Origin: Opitutia bacterium
Lineage (GTDB): Bacteria > Verrucomicrobiota > Verrucomicrobiia > Opitutales > UBA953
Assembly: GCA_003569245.1 (NCBI GenBank)
Contig: BGOM01000016.1
Coordinates: forward strand, 28,689 to 92,688
DNA: 64,000 nucleotides
Direction of reading: 5' to 3'
In this document: positions 46,961-58,400 of the stretch, one piece after another
How positions within the stretch are numbered: the stretch's first letter is position 1
Layout of the letters: every line of letters starts with the position of its first letter
Made by a program: the position numbers and the translations under genes
The notes under the pieces: generated by a model
The model's input: only the letters and a program-made list of their open reading frames with translations
Told to the model about the DNA's origin: nothing
The model's database searches: none

Positions 46961-47775
46961 AGGACGATCGGCTGGTGTTTGGCCTTGGTGTAGGCGGGGA
47001 CCGTCATGTAGCGCACCTTCGAGCCCTTCAGCGCGAAGACGCCGTGGCCGTTGAAGTCGATGCCGGCCTGGGTGACGCCGGTCAGCGGCCCCTGCGCGTA
47101 GACATCATGCACGCTCTGCGTGAACATGATCGGGCCGGTGAGCTCACGGATGGCGTCCTTGGGGAAGGCGAAGACCTTGCCTTGGTAGCGCGGGTAGGCG
47201 GCGCAGATGTTGGCGATCGTCCGGAGGGGGATCGGGTGCCCCGGGGCGAAGCCGAAACCCCATTGCAGCAGCAGCTTGTCCGGGTGACGCAGGTGAGGCG
47301 CGACCTCGGCCGGGCAGGGGATCGGACTGGGGTGAGGCTCGAAGGTGATCAAGGCCGCGGCGTCCGGCGCGCAGAGCGTCCGCAGGGGCACCGTGCAGCC
47401 TTTGCTGATATCGAAGTAGAAGCCCCCGCGGTCGGCCATGAGGCAGTAGCGGAAGATGTCGGTCTTCATCGGGCCGAACAGCGCCCGCTCGTAGATCGGG
47501 AAGATCGGATGCTCGCCCCAGCGTTCCCGCATGTAGGCCAGGCGCTGCTCGCGGTCCCAGAGCACGAAGCTGAGCTCGGGGTTGAGGTCGCGGAACTTGG
47601 CCATCTCCCGCAGGTGGTTCTTGCCGAAACGGCGATCCTCCCAGGTCTGGATCACGACCGGAGGGATCTGGCCGACGGCGACGGGCGCCGCGGCCGGCCG
47701 GTCGGCCAGCTCCCGCAGCGGAAGTTCCCGCCAGTAGCGGAGCGGGGCAAGGAACTGCTTGAGGCGATTGATCAT
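46957..47775 (-). CDS. GT32-like glycosyltransferase (OCH1/'Gly_transf_sug' type)
   Basis: 272 aa: 'IPPVVIQTWEDR', 'LNPELSFVLWD', 'TDIFRYCLMADRGGFYFDISKG', 'LTGPIMFTQ'. The usual D-x-D reads D-I-S here. Confidence 0.65.
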   Translation of the reverse strand: MINRLKQFLAPLRYWRELPLRELADRPAAAPVAVGQIPPVVIQTWEDRRFGKNHLREMAKFRDLNPELSFVLWDREQRLAYMRERWGEHPIFPIYERALFGPMKTDIFRYCLMADRGGFYFDISKGCTVPLRTLCAPDAAALITFEPHPSPIPCPAEVAPHLRHPDKLLLQWGFGFAPGHPIPLRTIANICAAYPRYQGKVFAFPKDAIRELTGPIMFTQSVHDVYAQGPLTGVTQAGIDFNGHGVFALKGSKVRYMTVPAYTKAKHQPIVL

Positions 47776-47779
47776 GAGG

Positions 47780-48784
47780 TCAAGGAGCGGGGAGCCGGAC
47801 CAGCGTGATCTCGTCCGGCCGGCAGGTGCCGAGGCGGATCTCGCCGTCGTTGGCCAGGCTGAAGATCGGCGGCTCCGGGTGGATCCGCGCGATCTGCCGC
47901 GCGGCGCGGCCGGCGTTGATCTTCTGCAGGCCGACGAAGTCGAGGATGACGGGGTTCGCGCTCGCGAGCATCACCTTGTCCGAGCGTACCCAGCCCGCGT
48001 CGTAGGTCGGCCCGCCGAGGACCTGGTAGCGCTCCAGCGAGAGGATGGTGAGCGCCTGGCGCCGGGTCAGGCCCGGGATCGCGCAGACCTCGATGGCGGC
48101 CTTGGCCGCGTTCGAGGGCATGTCGAGGAAGCGCTCGGCGTTCACCATGTTGCCGAGCGAGGCGGCGGCCAGGGCGCCGTGCACCCCGAGCGATTTGCTG
48201 TCGCTGAGCACCGGGAGGTTGATCCAGAAGTCGACGTCGTCGAAGAGGGTCTTGGGCAGGATGCTGATCCGCGGGTTGCCCCAGGGGACGTTGGGCGTGC
48301 CGGGACTCGGCATCACCTGGTTCTCGTAGCGCAGGCGCGCGTCGCCGGCCCAGCCGGGTGCCAGCTGGTCCCAGGCCTGCGCCGGGTAGCCTTCGAAGCG
48401 GGCTTCATCCTTGCTCAAGGCCGGCAGGAAACCGCAGGCCCGCATGCTTTCCTGGCGCCCGTCGCAGATGATGACCGCGTCGCGCGCGAACCCGCGCCGG
48501 AGGAGGGCGGCGCCCACGGCCCGGACGAGGGGCTTGGGGGTGCACAGGCCGACGCCCGACTCGGAGGAGATCTTGAGGCCGCATTTGCGGAGCGAGCCCG
48601 GGCGCAAGGGCAGGCCGGTGCGCGTCTCGTGCTCCGCCAGCAGTTTCTCGACCGCGCCGGCGTAATCCTCGTCGGTGAAGCCGTTGAGCTTCTGCTCGAT
48701 CAGCAGGAGCTTCGGGTCGGTGGCCGCCCGGGCGAGGCCGAACCCGAGGAGGCAGGCGAGGAGGAGGCGGGCGGCGAGGCGCAT
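47780..48784 (-). CDS. Exported DUF362-like protein
   Basis: Start moved to ATG 48784 (MRLAARLLLACLLGFGLARA signal peptide). 'GLKIS...TPKPLVRAVGAALLRRG...VIICD' and 'VDFWINLPVLSDSKSLGV.GAL' resemble DUF362 motifs (tentative). Lies 4 nt upstream of the GT gene. Confidence 0.5.
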   Translation of the reverse strand: MRLAARLLLACLLGFGLARAATDPKLLLIEQKLNGFTDEDYAGAVEKLLAEHETRTGLPLRPGSLRKCGLKISSESGVGLCTPKPLVRAVGAALLRRGFARDAVIICDGRQESMRACGFLPALSKDEARFEGYPAQAWDQLAPGWAGDARLRYENQVMPSPGTPNVPWGNPRISILPKTLFDDVDFWINLPVLSDSKSLGVHGALAAASLGNMVNAERFLDMPSNAAKAAIEVCAIPGLTRRQALTILSLERYQVLGGPTYDAGWVRSDKVMLASANPVILDFVGLQKINAGRAARQIARIHPEPPIFSLANDGEIRLGTCRPDEITLVRLPAP

Positions 48785-48867
48785 GGGGCCATCCTCGCGG
48801 CGGAGGCCCGGTTTCGCAAGCCGCTGTTTTGTTTGCGCAGGCAAGGGCGGACCCCATCGTGGGGCGC

Positions 48868-50213
48868 ATGTCCGCCTCCGCCGTCCTCCCCCAGCGCCGC
48901 ATCCTCGGGCTGATCTTCCTGACGGTCTTCATGGATATCGTGGGTTTCAGCATCATCATCCCGCTGTTCCCGCACCTCCTCGACCACTACATCCGGGCGG
49001 AAGGCGCGGCCGGCACCCTCATCGGTTCCCTGAACGCGGCGGCCGAATGGCTGGGCGGCGACACGGTCTTCAAGAAGACGGTCCTGTTCGGCGGTCTGCT
49101 CAGCACGCTTTACTCGCTGCTGCAGTTCGTGTTCTCGCCCATCTGGGGCGCGCTCTCCGACCGCCTGGGCCGCCGCCGGATCCTGACCATCACCTTGGCC
49201 GGGAACGCGCTCTCCTACCTCCTCTGGATCTTCGCGGCCCAGTTCTGGGTCGTGGTCGTCACGCGGCTCGTCTCGGGCATGATGGCCGGCAACATCGCCG
49301 TCGCCAGCGCCGCCGCCGCCGACATCACCGACGAGAAGGAGCGCACGAAGGGCATGGCCGTCGTCGGCATCGCCATCGGCCTGGGTTTCGTCTTCGGTCC
49401 GGTCATCGGCGGTCTGGCCGCGTCCGTCCCTTTCAACCCCGGCGCGGCCGCCGGGTCCTTCGGGCTGAACCCGTTCTCGCTCCCGGCCGCCCTCGCCGCG
49501 TCGCTGGCCGCGCTCAATTTCCTGCTGGTCGCCAAGTTCTTCCCGGAGACGCTCGCCCCCGAACGCCGCGCCCACGCGGACGCCCGGCGCCCCTCGGTCT
49601 TCGACCTCGCCACGGTCCGTTCCGCCGCGGTCCGGCGCACCTCGTTCGCCAACCTCGTCTACCAGGTCGCGTTCACCGGCATGGAGAACACCATCGTCTT
49701 CCTGACGCTGGCGTTGTTCGCCTACAGCCCGCGCGACAACGCCTGGCTCTTCCTCTTCAACGGCGCCTGCATGATCTTCGCCCAAGGGCTGGCGCGCCGC
49801 TCGTGAAGCGGCTGGGGCAGCGCAAGGTCGTGATGCTCGGCATGCTCATCGCGGCCGGCGCCTTCGTCTGGGTCGCGCTGATCCCGCCCACCCTCGCGGT
49901 CGAGGGATCCGGCGCGAAGACCTCCTTCTACCTCGGGCTCGGCCTCATCTCCTTCGCCACGGGTCTGATCCTGCCGAGCGTCTCGGCGCTGGTCTCGCTC
50001 TATTCCGGCGCCGACGAGCAAGGACGCAACCTCGGCATCCTGCGTTCGGCGGGTTCGCTGGCCCGGGTGATCGGGCCGGTGACCGCGGCGTTGCTGTATT
50101 TCCACTTCGGCTCCCACTTCTGGGTCTACCTCGGCGGCGCGCTGCTGATGCTGCCGGCGATCTGGATCGTCCGCGGCCTGCCGGATCCGGCGGTCGAGCG
50201 CGCGTCGGCCTAG
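48868..50213 (+). pseudogene. MFS transporter interrupted by a single-base frameshift near 49785..49806 (or a sequencing error)
   Basis: Frame-1 ORF MSASAVLPQRRILGLIFLTVFMDIVGFSIIIP... ends at TGA 49804..49806 (...MIFAQGLARRS*). The MFS sequence continues in the frame one base earlier (...GAPLVKRLGQRKVVMLGMLIAAGAF... to 50213). The junction lies in a GCGCGCCGC run. Confidence 0.6.
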
Positions 50214-50214
50214 G

Positions 50215-51561
50215 TCACCCGCCCGCGAGCCGGCGGCCCAGCGCATCCCCGCCGCGGACCACCTGCATGAGCGCGATGCCGCCGCGGAACGCGCCGTGGA
50301 AATGCAGCCCCGGGTTGGCCGCCTCGGCCTGCGCCAGCGCGGCTTCCTTGCGGGTCTGGTCGATGCCGTACTGGGGGATCGCGCGTTCCCAGCGTTGGAT
50401 CCATTCCTGCGCCGGGACGCCGCGCGCGCCGAGCGTCGCGCCCAGTTCCTCGTCGACCAGCTGGCGCAGCTCGGGGTCCGTCGACCGTCCGAGCCGCGGG
50501 TGACGGGCCCCGCCGATGAAGCAGGCCAGCAGGACATGTCCCGCGGGCGCGCGTCCCGGGAGGACCGAGGAAGGGAAGAGACAACCCAGCAACCGCCGAC
50601 GTTCCTCGCCGGGGACGAGGAAGCCGAAGCCATCCAAGGCGTGCGCCACCGCTTCGCGCGGGTAGCCGCGGGCGACGACCGTGACCGGCGGAGCCTCGGT
50701 CCGCTCCCAGTCGCGGAAGGCCGCGCGGAGGTTCTCGTCGAAGGGCAGGGCCGCCCAGTGCCAGTGCGGCGCGGTGACGATCAGGTGCTTCGCCCGGGCG
50801 CCCTCGTCCGTGCCGTCGGCATCGCGCCAGGCGACGTTCCAGCCTTTGGTGTCCTTGCGGATCAGGGTCGCCATCGAGCCGAGCCGCAGGGCCTGCGCGG
50901 CCCGCAACGGGGCCGCCATGCCGTCGGCCAAGGCCTGCATGCCGGCGCGGAATCCCACGATGCGCCGCGGTTCCCCGCGGGTGCGGGCCAGGCCGAGGAT
51001 CACCGAGCGGTGGGTCTTCTCCAGCGCGTGGATCTTCGGAAAACAATTCCCCATCACCAATCGGGCGGGGTCGCCCGCGTGCACGCCCGAGACCACCGGG
51101 TCCATCAGCCGGGCCGCCGCCTCCGCGCCGAAGCGGCGCGTGGCGAAGCCTTCGATGGTCTCGCCTTCGAAACCGCCGCGCGGCAGGAAGAGGTCGCCCA
51201 GCAACCGCAGCTTGCCGCGCGTCGAGAGGAGCCGGGACTTGAAGAGCGAGCTCGGGCGGGCGGTGAGCCCGTGGAGTTCGCCGCGCGATAGGATGAAACG
51301 CTTGGCCGCGGCGGTGTCGGCCTCCTGCAGTTCCGCTTCCAGCCCGTAACCTCGCAGCAAGGCGAGGTCGGCCTCGCCTTCGAGCTGGAGCGTGTTGGGG
51401 CCGACCTCCACGAGCCAGCCGTCCTCGCGGATCGTCCGGATCGAGCCGCCGACCCGCCCGGACGGCTCGAGGACCTTGACCTTCGCGCCGCGGGCCTGCA
51501 TCGCGTGCGCCACGGCCAGGCCCGCGGGGCCGGCGCCGAGGATGATCGCGTCGAGGTCCAT
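50215..51561 (-). CDS. hemY: HemY-family protoporphyrinogen/coproporphyrinogen III oxidase (FAD-dependent)
   Basis: 448-aa part of ORF 50215..52173 from ATG 51561. 'DAIILGAGPAGLAVA', 'VLEPSGRVGGSIRT...GWLVEVGPN', and C-terminal 'W.RAIPQYG...GLHFHGAFRGGIAL'. Confidence 0.8.
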   Translation of the reverse strand: MDLDAIILGAGPAGLAVAHAMQARGAKVKVLEPSGRVGGSIRTIREDGWLVEVGPNTLQLEGEADLALLRGYGLEAELQEADTAAAKRFILSRGELHGLTARPSSLFKSRLLSTRGKLRLLGDLFLPRGGFEGETIEGFATRRFGAEAAARLMDPVVSGVHAGDPARLVMGNCFPKIHALEKTHRSVILGLARTRGEPRRIVGFRAGMQALADGMAAPLRAAQALRLGSMATLIRKDTKGWNVAWRDADGTDEGARAKHLIVTAPHWHWAALPFDENLRAAFRDWERTEAPPVTVVARGYPREAVAHALDGFGFLVPGEERRRLLGCLFPSSVLPGRAPAGHVLLACFIGGARHPRLGRSTDPELRQLVDEELGATLGARGVPAQEWIQRWERAIPQYGIDQTRKEAALAQAEAANPGLHFHGAFRGGIALMQVVRGGDALGRRLAGG

Positions 51562-51628
51562 GCGGTCAGCACAACTTCTTACCTCAGGGTTGGCAACCCT
51601 GCGTCCGGTTGTTTGTCTGTGGTGACGG

Positions 51629-52648
51629 ATGCGCCCGTTCTCCCTCCTCTTCCTCGGCCTCGCCGCCGCCGCAAGCGCGGACACCCTCACGTTGCTCGAC
51701 GGCACTTTCCTCCGCGGCCGGATCGAGCGCGTCGCCGATGGCCAGCTGGAACTGCGCGTCCAGGGTTGGGGTGGGAGCGAGCCGTTGCGCATCCCGTTGG
51801 CGCGGATCGAGTCTTTCCGGACCGACGAGGCGGTGCGTCTCAGCGGTCGCCGGGGCGCGGTGCTCGATGGCGTGGCGTGGGCCGTGGGTGGGCGGGTGGC
51901 GAGTTCCGGTGGCGCGGAGACCTTCGCCCAGGACGCCACCGTCGAACTGTGGCGCGAGCCCGGCGCCCGGCCGGCCGAGGTCGTCCCGACACGCCTCTGG
52001 ACGATGCAGGCCGACCTCGATCTGTCGGGTCGTTCCGGCGCGGCCCAAGGCAGCGGTTTCAGCGCCGGCTTCCAGGCGAGGGGCACCACCGTCGCGGACA
52101 CCTTGACGGGCAGCGTCCGCCTGGTCCGCGCCGTCGCCGGGAACCAGACTTCGGCTGACGACCTCCACGTCACCCTGGGCTATGAAACGAACCCGACCGT
52201 CGTCGTCTACTGGTACGCGCGGACCGATACCGGCTACGACAACGCCCGGCAGGTCGACTTCCTCTCGGTCAACGCCGCCGGCCTCGGTCTGCGTCTGTTC
52301 ACCGATGCCCGCGGCAAGCTCGATACCCGGATCGGTCTGGCGCACCGCTACGAGAACTATTCGCTGGCCGGTCAGCCGAGCCTGGCCACGCCGTCCATGG
52401 ATCTGGGCCTGCTTTTCGAACGCGAGTTCGGTTGGGCGAAGATGCAGTCGACGCTCTCGTTGGTCCCGTCTTTCGCCTCCACCCAGAATTTCTACGTCCG
52501 GCACGAATCCGCCTTGAATATCTTCCGCGGGGACGGGCCGCTCTCCCTCAAGGTAGGGGTCTCCAATGACTTCCGCGGTCAACCCCTCCCCGGACAGGTC
52601 GGCCTGGATACGGCCTATTTCCTGCGCGCGGTCTATGCTTGGAAATAA
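51629..52648 (+). CDS. Putative outer-membrane beta-barrel protein (DUF481/YdiY-like)
   Basis: 339 aa. Signal peptide MRPFSLLFLGLAAAASA, N-terminal 'DTLTLLDGTFLRGRIERV' module, alternating-hydrophobic C-terminal strands ending ...YFLRAVYAWK. The family call is tentative. Confidence 0.5.
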   Translation: MRPFSLLFLGLAAAASADTLTLLDGTFLRGRIERVADGQLELRVQGWGGSEPLRIPLARIESFRTDEAVRLSGRRGAVLDGVAWAVGGRVASSGGAETFAQDATVELWREPGARPAEVVPTRLWTMQADLDLSGRSGAAQGSGFSAGFQARGTTVADTLTGSVRLVRAVAGNQTSADDLHVTLGYETNPTVVVYWYARTDTGYDNARQVDFLSVNAAGLGLRLFTDARGKLDTRIGLAHRYENYSLAGQPSLATPSMDLGLLFEREFGWAKMQSTLSLVPSFASTQNFYVRHESALNIFRGDGPLSLKVGVSNDFRGQPLPGQVGLDTAYFLRAVYAWK

Positions 52649-52665
52649 GCAGGAAGGTTTTGCCT

Positions 52666-52690
52666 ATTTTTAGACACAAAGTCTAATAAT
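52666..52690. promoter_or_regulatory. 25-bp palindrome upstream of the glnN promoter (candidate regulator/operator site)
   Basis: ATTTTTAGAC-ACAAA-GTCTAATAAT has 10-bp arms with one mismatch, and the core TTAGAC-N5-GTCTAA is perfect. It sits in an AT-rich patch ~38 bp upstream of the -24 element. Confidence 0.45.
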
Positions 52691-52727
52691 GGGCAAAGGG
52701 GGGTTGTGAATGGTTACCTGTTGAACC

Positions 52728-52743
52728 GTGGCACGCAGGGTGC
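52728..52743 (+). promoter_or_regulatory. Sigma-54 (-24/-12) promoter for glnN
   Basis: TGGCAC-GCAGG-GTGCT matches TGGCAC-N5-TTGCW, with GG (52729-30) and GC (52741-42) at the correct spacing, 45 nt upstream of the glnN ATG. Confidence 0.7.
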
Positions 52744-52787
52744 TTTCCCAATGGGGACCTTTCGTCCATTTTTCACCAATCCCAACC

Positions 52788-54944
<2,157 letters not shown>

Positions 54945-54970
54945 GCCGTCCCCGGCTGCGCCGAGACCAA

Positions 54971-54999
54971 GGGCCGAACCTCCGGGTTCGGCCCTTTTT
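54971..54999 (+). terminator. Rho-independent terminator after glnN
   Basis: GGGCCGAACC-TCCG-GGTTCGGCCC followed by TTTTT. Confidence 0.85.
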
Positions 55000-55033
55000 G
55001 TTCGCCGGCCTGGCCGGCGGACCCCGCCAAGCA

Positions 55034-55060
55034 GAAGGCCCGTCGCGATGACGGGCCTTC
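55034..55060 (-). terminator. Hairpin downstream of rpsU (possible terminator, no clear U-tract)
   Basis: GAAGGCCCGTC-GCGAT-GACGGGCCTTC is a perfect 11-bp stem, 24 nt past the rpsU stop on the minus strand. Confidence 0.4.
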
Positions 55061-55083
55061 GGGCGGTGCGGGGAGGGCGTCGC

Positions 55084-55284
55084 TCAGACGTTATCCCACT
55101 TCTTACGCAGGTAGGCGTTGAAGTTCTTGACCTTCTTCTTGCGGCGGCGGCGTTCGGCCGGCTTCTCGAAGCCTCGCTTGGCGCGGGCGTCCTTGATGAT
55201 GCCCTCGCGGTCGATCTTCTTCTTGAGGCGGCGGAGAGCCTTGTCGACGGTCTCGCCTTTGCGAATCTTGATTTCTACGGACAT
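55084..55284 (-). CDS. rpsU: 30S ribosomal protein S21
   Basis: 66-aa C-terminal part of ORF 55084..55704 from ATG 55284: MSVEIKIRKGETVDKALRRLKKKIDREGIIKDARAKRGFEKPAERRRRK. Confidence 0.93.
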   Translation of the reverse strand: MSVEIKIRKGETVDKALRRLKKKIDREGIIKDARAKRGFEKPAERRRRKKKVKNFNAYLRKKWDNV

Positions 55285-55426
55285 GTTGGCGTTTGGAGGG
55301 TCGAAAGAACAAGGGGCGGGGCGGTTCGTCAACCCCGAATCCTCGGGATATTGCGGCCGTGAATAAGTCCCCCCCTTAGACTCTTGCGGGAGGGGTGGGG
55401 GAGGGCAATCGTGCCGCCTACCCTCG

Positions 55427-58400
55427 ATGTACCTCAAGGAAATCGTCGCCAACGGATTCAAAAGCTTCGCCGACCGGACCCGCATCGACCTGCGCCCGGG
55501 CGTCACGGCCGTCGTCGGCCCCAACGGTTGCGGCAAGTCGAACATCGTGGACGCCATCCGCTGGGTCCTGGGGGAACAGAGCGCCAAATCCCTCCGCGCC
55601 GGCGCCATGCAGGACGTCATCTTCGCGGGCTCCGACCGCCGCAAGCAGCTGCCCCAGTGCGAGGTCGAGCTGATCTTCGCGGATTGCGAGAAGGAACTCG
55701 GCACCGCCTTCGCCGAGGTCTCGGTGATGCGCCGCCTCCACCGCGAGGGCGCGAGCGACTACTTCATCAACGGCAAGCCCTCCCGCCTGAAGGATATCCA
55801 GCGCCTGTTCATGGACACGGGCATCGGCCGCATGTCCTATTCGTTCATGGTGCAGGGCCAGATCGACCAGGTCCTCTCCGCCAACCCCGCCGAGCGCCGT
55901 TACCTCTTCGAGGAGGCCGCCGGTATCACGCGCTACAAGGTCCAGCGGCGCGAGGCCCTGAACAAGCTCGCCGGCGTCGACGCCAACCTCGCGCGCATCA
56001 CCGACGTCGTCAGCGAGGTCGGCCGCCAGATCGCCACGCTGCGCCGCCAGGCCGCCAAGGCCCTGCGCTACCGTCGTCTCCGCCACCGCTTCACGCACCT
56101 CGACCTCGCGTGGCAGGCCAAGCAGCACGGCGACCGCCGCGCCCAGGTCGCCACCTTGGAAGCCGATTTCGCCGCCTGCCGCGAGCAGGTCGCCGTCCTC
56201 GGCGACGACCTGCGCGTCCGCGAGGCCGCCTTGGGCGACGCCCGCGCCCGCCGCACCGCCCTGGCCGAGCAGGTCCAGCAGTCGCAGCAGTCCCTCTTCG
56301 AGCAGCGCACCGCGCGCGAGAACGCCGAGGGTGAGGCCCGCACCTCCGACCTCCGCGCCGACGACCTCGTCGCTCGGCTCGCGGAGATCGCCCGCGAAGC
56401 CGGCGACGCCGAGGCGGCCATCGCCGATTACGACGTGCGCCTGAGCGGCAGCTCCACCGCCCGGACCGACGCCGCCGGCTCGGTGTCGGCCACCGACGCC
56501 GCGTTCCGCGACAAGACCGCCGAGGTCGAGGCCTCCCTCCGCCAGCTGATGGACGTCGAGCAGCGTCTCCGCCGCGCGCGCCAGGATATCCTGATCGCCG
56601 AAGGCGAGATGACCCGCGCCCGCGCGGATGTCACCAACCTCGAGGTCGATCTCCGCGGCTACCAGCAGCGCCACGTCGACCTTTCCGGGTCCCTGACCCA
56701 GGCCAAGGAGGAGCGCGAAGGGCTCGAGCGCCGGGTCACCGAATGCGCCGCCGTCGTCACCGCCCGCCACGGCGAGCTGCAGGCGGCCCGCGCCGCCGAG
56801 CAGGCCGCGCTGGAGCAGGCCCGCGTGCTCCTCGCCGATTTCCGCGCCCTGCAGCAGACCATCTCCGAGCAGGACCGCAAGGTCGCCAAGCTCTCGGCCC
56901 AGCTCGGCCTCCTCGAGCAGATGCAGTCCCGGCTCGAGGGTTTCTCCGACGCCGCCAAGGCCGTCCTGCGCGGTGAGCTCGCCGAGGCCATGCCCACCGG
57001 CAAGGCCGCCGCGCTCGCCGACCTCGTCACCGTCACCGACGTGACCGTCGCCGCCGCGCTCGAGACGATCCTGGGCGCCGCCTCGGAGGCCGTGACCCTC
57101 GACAACGCGGAGTTCCTTCCCGGCCTCGTCGCCCAGATGGGCGAACGCCAGCTCGGCCGCGCCGTCTTCCAGGTCGAGGCCCCGCCCGCCTCCCGCGCCG
57201 GTTCGGCCGCGCCGGCCTGGCTGCGCCCCGCCACCGAGGCCGTACGTTCGAAGTCCGCCGACCACGCCCGCCTCGTCTCCAACCTTTTCGACGGCTGCTA
57301 CGTCTGCCCCTCCTTGGGTGATTTCATCCGCTGGTGGCGGGCGAACCCGGCCTTCGAGTTCTTCCTCGTCGCCACGACCGACGGCGATCTCGTCGACCGG
57401 CGCGGACTCGTCTTCGCGGGCCGCCCGCGCAAGGCCGCCGCCGGCGCCGGCTCCGGCGTCTTCGCGCGCGAGAGCGAGATCCGGTCCGTGCGCGCCGCCC
57501 TCGAGGCGGAGAACGACCGGCTCACGACCTTCAACGAGCAGGCCATGGCCCTGCAGGCCTCCATGGACGCCAACGAGGCCGAGGTCGCCCAGCGCCGCGG
57601 GGCCACCCAGTTCGCCGCCCAGGAACTCTCCGTCGCGCAGGCCGACGAACGCGCGGCCCGCGGCACGCTTTCCTCCGCCGATGAGCGCATCGCCCGCGAC
57701 CAGCGCCAACTCAACGAAATCGAGTCCGCGAAGGCCGAGGCGGTCATCCGCCGCGACCGCGCGCAGGAGACCTTGACCGTGAAGGACGGCCAGGTCGCGC
57801 AGCTGCGCGACGCCATCGTCGCCGGCGAGCATTCCGTCGAATCCGCCCGCGCGGAGAGCGAGCTGCGCCGCGCCGCCCTCGGCGAGGTCCGCCTCTCCCT
57901 CGCCGAGCAGCGCCAACGCCTCGAACTGGTCGGTCGCGAGGTCGCCGAACTGGAATCCCGTCGCACCGAGGCCGCCGTCCGCCTCTCCGCCCGCCGGGCC
58001 GAGGCCGCCCATAACGAGCGCCAGGTCGCGGAGCTCCGCGCGCTGTCCGCCGCCGCGAAGGAGACCTCGCTCCGCCTCGCCGGGGAGATCGAGCTGGCCG
58101 CCGCCGCGCTCGCGACCGTGCGCCAGGAACTCGCCGCCACCGACGCCGCCGTCGAAGCCGAGGATCGCGTCCTGGGCGTCGACCGCGACAAGCTGCGCGT
58201 CGCCGACACCCGCCTGCGAGCCCTCGAGGTCGCGCTGGCCGAGCAGACCTCCCAGTGCGGTTTCCTCGTCGAGAAGGTCCAGGCCGACCACCAGCTCGAC
58301 GTGGCCACGGTCGACTGGCGCCTGCAGCTTTGGTTGTCCGAGGGCGAGCCCGAGGGACTCGCGAGCTTCGACGACCTCGAGGATCCGGAGGAGAAGGAGT

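Noticed and set aside
49804-50213. GTG at 49804 region (VKRLGQRK...) as an independent start for a separate small membrane protein
   Set aside because: The ~135-aa product would be only the last few TMs of an MFS fold. It continues the upstream MFS sequence exactly where a single-base indel would join them, so a frameshifted single gene is the more parsimonious reading.
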